Positions 52,420-64,000 of a DNA stretch of 64,000 nucleotides are shown one piece after another. A program made the translations under genes and the position numbers. Source of the DNA: Macrostomum hystrix (taxonomy: Eukaryota; Animalia; Platyhelminthes). The stretch's first letter is position 1, and each line of letters starts with the position of its first letter. The DNA lies in the NCBI GenBank assembly GCA_950097015.1, contig CATNEN010000003.1:12648001-12712000 (forward strand). Reading direction: 5' to 3'. The notes under the pieces are model-generated. The model had not been told where the DNA came from, ran no database searches, and saw nothing but the letters and a program-made list of their open reading frames with translations.

Positions 52420-53775
52420 GGGTGAGACAGAGATGGTGAGATAGAGATGGTGAGATGGAGATGGTGAGATAGAGATTGTGAGATGGAGATGGTGAGATGG
52501 AGATGGTGAGATGGAGATGGTGAGATGGAGATGGTGAGATAGAGATGGTGAGATAGAGATGGTGAGATAGAGATGGTGAGATGGAGATGGTGAGATAGAG
52601 ATTGTGAGATGGAGATGGTGAGATGGAGATGGTGAGATGGAGATGGTGAGATAGAGATGGTGAGATGGAGATGGTGAGATGGAGATGGTGAGATGGAGAT
52701 GGAGAGATAGAGATGGTGAGATAGAGATGGTGAGATAGAGATTGTGAGATGGAGATGGTGAGATGGAGATGGTGAGATGGAGATGGTGAGATGGAGATGG
52801 TGAGATGGAGATGGTGAGATAGAGATGGTGAGATAGAGATGGTGAGATAGAGATGGTGAGATAGAGATAATGAGATAGAGATGGTGAGATGGAGATGGTG
52901 AGATGGAGATGGTGAGATAGAGATAGTGAGATGGAGATGGTGAGATGGAGATGGTGAGATGGAGATGGTGAGATAGACATGGAGAGATATAGATGGTTAG
53001 ATAGAGATGGTGAGATAGAGATGGTGAGATAGAGATGGTGAGATAGAGATGGTGAGATAGAGATGGTGAGATAGAGATGGTGAGATACAGATGGTGAGAT
53101 AGACATGGTGAGATGGAGATGGTGAGATAGAGATGGTGAGATGGAGATGGTGAGATGGAGATGGTGAGATAGAGATGGTGAGATGGAGATGGTGAGATAG
53201 ACATGGAGAGATAGATATGGAGAGATAGAGATGGTGAGATAGAGATGGTGAGATAGAGATGGTGAGATGGAGATGGAGAGATGGAGATGGTGAGATAGAC
53301 ATGGAGAGATAGAGATGGTGAGATAGAGATGGTGAGATAGACATGGTGAGATGGAGATGGAGAGATAGAGTTGGTGAGATAGAGATGGTGAGATAGAGAT
53401 TGTGAGATGGAGATGGTGAGATGGAGATGGTGAGATGGAGATGGTGAGATGGAGATGGTGAGATAGAGATGGTGAGATAGAGATGGTGAGATAGAGATGG
53501 TGAGATAGAGATGGTGAGATAGAGATGGTGAGATAGAGATTGTGAGATACAGATGGTGAGATAGACATGGTGAGATGGAGATGGTGAGATAGAGATGGTG
53601 AGATGGAGATGGTGAGATAGAGATGGTGAGATGGAGATGGTGAGATAGAGATGGTGAGATGGAGATGGTGAGATAGAGATGGTGAGATAGAGATGGTGAG
53701 ATGGAGATGGTGAGATAGACATGGAAAGATAGAGATGGTGAGATAGAGATGGTGAGATAGAGATGGTCAGATAGA
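52420..53775. repeat. 14-bp repeat (GAGATGGTGAGAT[A/G])n
   Basis: Direct periodicity; explains the SPSLSHH ORFs. Confidence 0.96.
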
Positions 53776-54219
53776 ATTTGTTAAATATGTCATATGATAA
53801 TAAGATAAATATAGATTTTCAAAAGCACAATCTAAGTTTAATAATACTCTATGGCATTAATACGAGTCAGGTATGTCTATGACCAATAGTGATTTTAGAA
53901 AATTGTATACAGCTTAAACCAATATAAGTGAATTAGGTGTTTGTTAGCTCCAAATTTCTTTGATTAATATTTGATCGCTGAAACATCAACAAGGATTACA
54001 CAGATCTTTTATAGCCATGATTAAAGAGAATGCCTATTTCACGATCACCGTTCTTCCTGGAAGATCAGGTTGGTTGTTGTTGTTTTATTATATAGTTTTT
54101 CCGATAGAGGAAGTTATATTTTCTTTCTAAATAAACTGCAGCTCAAGACGAAGCTGAATTCCGAGTGTTCACCTTTGAATCCAACAGCACAATGCCTGAG
54201 GCCTGGATTAAGCGCCACG

Positions 54220-54830
54220 GTGAGAATGGAAGCTGGGCCGGATAAGGGAGCGGAACTGGGGCCGTTTGGAAACGGAAATGTGCGAATGGGGGAGCTAAAA
54301 CTGGGGCGGATGGGGAGCGGTAACTGGGGCGGATGGGGGCGGATGGGGCCGATGGGGGCGGATGGTGCGTATGGGGAGCGGATGGGGCGGATGGGGGAGC
54401 TGCAACTGGGGCGGATGGGAAGTGGACACTAGGGCCGATAGGGGCAGATGGAGCGTATGGGGAGCGGAAACTAGGGCGGATGGGGAGCGGAAACTGGGGC
54501 GGAGAAGATTAGGAAGCGGAAACTGGGGTGGATGAGCGAGCGGAAACTTGGCCGGATGGGTTAGCGGAAACTGGGCCGGATGGAGAGCGGAAACTGGGGC
54601 GGAAGTGGTGGAGGGGGGTGGATGGGGGAGCGGTAACTGGGGCGGAAGTGGTGGAGGGGGGTGGATGGGGGAGCGGTAACTAAGGCGTATGAGGGAGTGG
54701 AGGCCCGAAGTGAAGGTTGCTGAGTGAATTGGGCGCAGTGAAGAGGGCGGAGTGAATTGGACGGAGTGAAGGGGGCTGAGTGAATTGGACGGAGTGAAGG
54801 GGGCTGAGTGAAGGGGGCGGTAGAATATAA
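54220..54830. repeat. G-rich degenerate repeat (GGGGCGGATGGGGAGCGGAAACT)
   Basis: Many GGG runs; G-quadruplex potential. Confidence 0.85.
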
Positions 54831-54889
54831 AAAAGAAGAGTGAACTAAGCAGCAAGAACACAAGCCATTTTCCAACCCCAATTATCCAG

Positions 54890-55386
54890 CTGACGAGTTC
54901 ATCTACCAGCTGAGGACGTACCTGATTATCCTCATATCACTGGCTGTCCTCATATCGGTTTTAATCATAATCCTGATCACCTGCCTGATATTCAATGGGG
55001 AAAAACCGCTAAGCCGTGTCGAAGCCAGTCCAGACAGGGCGTCAAGAAGTGTGCTCGCCGGTCGACGCGGAGTTAGCTACTCGCCCCAGCCGTCGGCCTT
55101 CAACGATTTCGTAGTAAGAACTGCGGAATCTACTAACGTAATGGCTGCCACCTCCTACTTATCGGTGGCTGTCAATTTTGAGAACAAACTGGGGCACTGC
55201 TGGTTACTGCCGGGCAGGTTCCGGTTGCCCACTGCCCCTGCTAAATGGGGCAGTGAGACGGCCTGGGATGGTATTTTCTTTCGGCATCCGCCAAGGAAAC
55301 TAACGACTTCAAGTAGCGAGTCTGGAGCTAACCAATCTGTCATCAGAAGCAGCTATTATAGACCGACACTAAAAATAAATCACTGA
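54890..55386 (+). CDS. Probable terminal exon of an uncharacterised single-pass membrane protein
   Basis: After acceptor TTATCCAG the frame reads DEFIYQLRTYLIILISLAVLISVLIIILITCLIFNGEK... to TGA at 55386. Possible upstream exon about 54015-54068 (phase-1 donor). No recognisable domain. Confidence 0.45.
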
Positions 55387-55447
55387 TCAACTATTAACTT
55401 GTTGTTTTATTATTGGGCAACCTAACTATTTTAAACAAGCGACCCTA

Positions 55448-55790
55448 GAGTCCTAGATTCCTAGAATCCTAGATTCCTAGAATCCTAGATTCCTAGATTC
55501 CTAGAATCCTAGATTCCTAGAATCCTAGATTCCTAGAATCCTAGATTCCTAGATTCCTAGATTCCTAGAATCCTAGATTCCTAGAATCCTAGATTCCTAG
55601 AATCCTAGATTCCTAGAATCCTAGATTCCTAGAATCCTAGATTCCTAGAATCCTAGATTCCTAGAATCCTAGATTCCTAGAATCCTAGATTCCTAGAATC
55701 CTAGATTCCTAGAATCCTAGATTCCTAGAATCCTAGATTCCTAGAATCCTAGATTAATCTAGAATCTAGAATCTAGGAATCTAGGAAATA
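55448..55790. repeat. 8-bp repeat (CCTAGATT/CCTAGAAT)n ending in an inverted segment
   Basis: Orientation flips at the palindrome CTAGATTAATCTAG near 55756. Confidence 0.93.
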
Positions 55791-56379
55791 CATACATGAA
55801 GATTCTAGAAAACAAAGGTTAACTGGTCGATTCCCGGTCTGTTGAATTATCATAAAAATGTCAATATTGATTGCACCTTTAGATGTTAGTGCTATTATTC
55901 TCCGCTAGATTACTTTAGCCGTTTTTCTACTAAGCAATAAAAAAATTCACGCTAGATAATCTTATATTTAGCATGTCATTAGCAGCAAGTGAACAAGAAT
56001 TCATGTTATTACTAAATATTATGTAAGCATGCTACTGTCAGTAGTGCAAATTGCATATTCTAATAATCTGCCAAAGTAGAACGAAATTTAATACGTCGAT
56101 AAAACCGACTTACAGAGGGAATTTCGAAAAATTCTGCAGATAATTAAGTAAGCTAACTTAAGCAAAGTAAAGCGAGTAAAATAGAACAAACACAAAGAAC
56201 ACAACGGTTGAAAGCAAAGCAGAAGGACTCAAGTCGATCAACAATTAGAAGACGAACGAAAATAAATCTTCGAAAATGAAAACTGAGCGCGTTAGAAGCG
56301 GTCTAAATTGTGACACTGGAACACTTTAACATAGCAACTGCATAGCAACCAAGCCATACTCACATTTTTACTGCAACTG

Positions 56380-57575
56380 TGGGGTGTCCATAAAGTGGGG
56401 TGTCCCACCTGTCTATGGATTGGGGTGTCCTACCTGTCAATGGAATGGGATGTCCTACCTGTCAATGGAATGGGATGTCCTACCTGTCAATGGAATGGGA
56501 TGTCCTACCTGTCAATGGAATGGGATGTCCTACCTGTCAATGGAATGGGATGTCCTACCTGTCTATGGATTGGGGTGTCCTACCTGTCTATGGAGTGGGG
56601 TGTCCTACCTGTCTATGGAGTGGGGTGTCCTACCTGTCTAAGGAGTAGGGTGTCCTACCTGTCTATGGAGTGGGGTGTCCTACCAGTCTATGGAGTGGGG
56701 TGTCCTACCTGTCTAAGGAGTAGGGTGTCCTACCTGTCTATGGAGTGGGGTGTCCTACCTGTCTATGGAGTGGGGTGTCCTACCTGTCTATGGAGTGGGG
56801 TGTCGTACCTGTCTATGGAGTGAGGTGTCCTACCTGTCTATGGAATGGGGTGTCCTACCTGTCTATGGAGTGGGGTGTCGTACCTGTCTATGGAGTGAGG
56901 TGTCCTACCTGTCTATGGAATGGGTTGTCCTACCTGTCTATGGAGTCGGGTTTCCTACCTGTCTATGGAGTGGGGTGTCCACCCTGTACCTATGGAGTGG
57001 GGTGTCCTACCTGTCTATGGAGTGGGGTGTCCACCCTGTACCTATGGAGTGGGGTGTCCTACCTGTCTATGGAGTGGGGTGTCCTACCTGTCTATGGAGT
57101 GGGGTGTCCTACCTGTCTATGGAGTGGGGTGTCCTACATGTCTATGGTGTGGGGTGTCCTACCTGTCTATGGAGTGGGGTGTCCTACCTGTCTATGGAGT
57201 GGGGTGTCGTACCTGTCTATGGAGTGAGGTGTCCTACCTGTCTATGGAATGGGTTGTCCTACCTGTCTATGGAGTCGGGTTTCCTACCTGTCTATGGAGT
57301 GGGGTGTCCACCCTGTACCTATGGAGTGGGGTGTCCTACCTGTCTATGGAGTGGGGTGTCCACCCTGTACCTATGGAGTGGGGTGTCCTACCTGTCTATG
57401 GAGTGGGGTGTCCACCCTGTACCTATGGAGTGGGGTGTCCTACCTGTCTATGGAGTGGGGTGTCCTACCTGTCTATGGAGTCGGGTGTCCTACCTGTCTA
57501 TGGAGTGGGGTGTCCTACCTGTCTATGGAATGGGGTGTCCTACCTGTACCTATGGAGTGGGGGGTGTCCTACCTA
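56380..57575. repeat. 25-bp minisatellite (GGGTGTCCTACCTGTCTATGGAGTG)n
   Basis: Reverse complement of the 4602-6131 unit. Confidence 0.96.
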
Positions 57576-57626
57576 GTAGAGGAGTATACACAGTGGCATT
57601 CTTTTAAATGTTAGTCCTCAAAATTA

Positions 57627-62706
<5,080 letters not shown>

Positions 62707-62805
62707 CTGCAGGTTTTGGAATGAAATGGTTTTTTGCACTTTTGACTGTATCAAACACACGATTTGAAGGTCGGGAGTTCGATCCCTGGCTCTTCTAGTA
62801 AAACT

Positions 62806-63832
62806 AAGTAACTTCAATTTCGCCTGCGGGGAGGAGGATACTCGTGTGTACCCGATTAGTAACTTCAATTTCGCCTGCGGGGAGGAGGATACTCGTGTGT
62901 ACCCGATTAGTAACTTCAATTTCGTCCGCGGGGAGGGGGATAATCGTGTGTACCCGATTAGTAACTTCAATTTCGTCCGCGGGGAGGGGGATACTCGTGT
63001 GTACCCGATTAGTAACTTCAATTTCGTCCGCGGGGAGGGGGATAATCGTGTGTACCCGATTAGTAACTTCAATTTCGTCCGCGGGGAGGGGGATACTCGT
63101 GTGTACCCGATTAGTAACTTCAATTTCGCCTGCGGGGAGGGGGATACTCGTGTGTACCCGATTAGTAACTTCAATTTCGTCCGCGGGAAGGGGGATACTC
63201 GTGTGTACCCGATTAGTAACTTCAATTTCGTCCGCGGGGAGGGGGATAATCGTGTGTACCCGATTAGTAACTTCAATTTCGTCCGCGGGGAGGGGGATAC
63301 TCGTGTGTACCCGATTAGTAACTTCAATTTCGCCTGCGGGGAGGGGGATACTCGTGTGTACCCGATTAGTAACTTCAATTTCGTCCGCGGGAAGGGGGAT
63401 ACTCGTGTGTACCCGATTAGTAACTTCAATTTCGTCCGCGGGGAGGGGGGTACTCGTGTGTACCCGATTAGTAACTTCAATTTCGTCCGCGGGGAGGGGG
63501 ATACTTGTGTGTACCCGATTAGTAACTTCAATTTCGTCCGTGGGGAGGAGGATGCTCGTGTGTACCCGATTAGTAACTTCAATTTCGTCCGCGGGGAGGG
63601 GGATACTCGTGTGTACCCGATTAGTAACTTCAATTTCGTCCGCGGGGAGGGGGATACTTGTGTGTACCCGATTAGTAACTTCAATTTCGTCCGTGGGGAG
63701 GAGGATGCTCGTGTGTACCCGATTAGTAACTTCAATTTCGTCCGCGGGGAGGGGGATACTCGTGTGTACCCGATTAGTAACTTCAATTTCGTCCGCGGGG
63801 AGGGGGTACTCGTGTGTACCCGATTAGTAACC
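62806..63832. repeat. 51-bp minisatellite in a TTLL intron, directly after a SINE B-box fragment (62755-62792)
   Basis: Period 51; explains the 17-aa repeat ORFs. Confidence 0.96.
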
Positions 63833-64000
63833 CGATCAGATAAGACGAAATGAAATAGAAGTTACTGTTTGTGAAATTGATCTACTCTAACTTGGGCAGG
63901 ACGGTCTCGCGGACGAAACATACGTTACTTAGTTTGAACTAGAAGCTGAAAACCAATATTGTTAACTATTTTTATTGATTATATAAGTTAATTTATACAC

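Overview
Eukaryotic (animal) genomic DNA: GT-AG spliced genes with CAG/poly-Q-rich exons, separated by unusually abundant minisatellite arrays. The style resembles a repeat-rich invertebrate such as a macrostomid flatworm (inference only). Reconstructed genes: a 2-exon PTB/PID-domain adaptor (-), a complete 10-exon SCAP (-, about 1241 aa), a 3-exon hunchback (-, about 494 aa, only the four central zinc fingers), the 3' part of a TTLL10-like glycylase (-), and a weakly supported single-pass membrane protein exon (+). SCAP intron 9 holds a 5014-bp P-superfamily transposon with 17-bp TIRs, an 8-bp TSD and a 4-exon THAP-DDE transposase that has one late frameshift. Three non-autonomous TIR elements with TSDs and several tRNA-derived SINE copies are also present. 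Most long ORFs in the supplied track are artefacts of tandem repeats. Main leads: a possible repressor-type third intron in the P element, Nanos/Pumilio-like sites in the hunchback 3' UTR, a divergent MELADL signal in SCAP, and SINE-related seeds for several intronic minisatellites. Exon boundaries were read by eye and homologies recalled from memory; no database searches were run.
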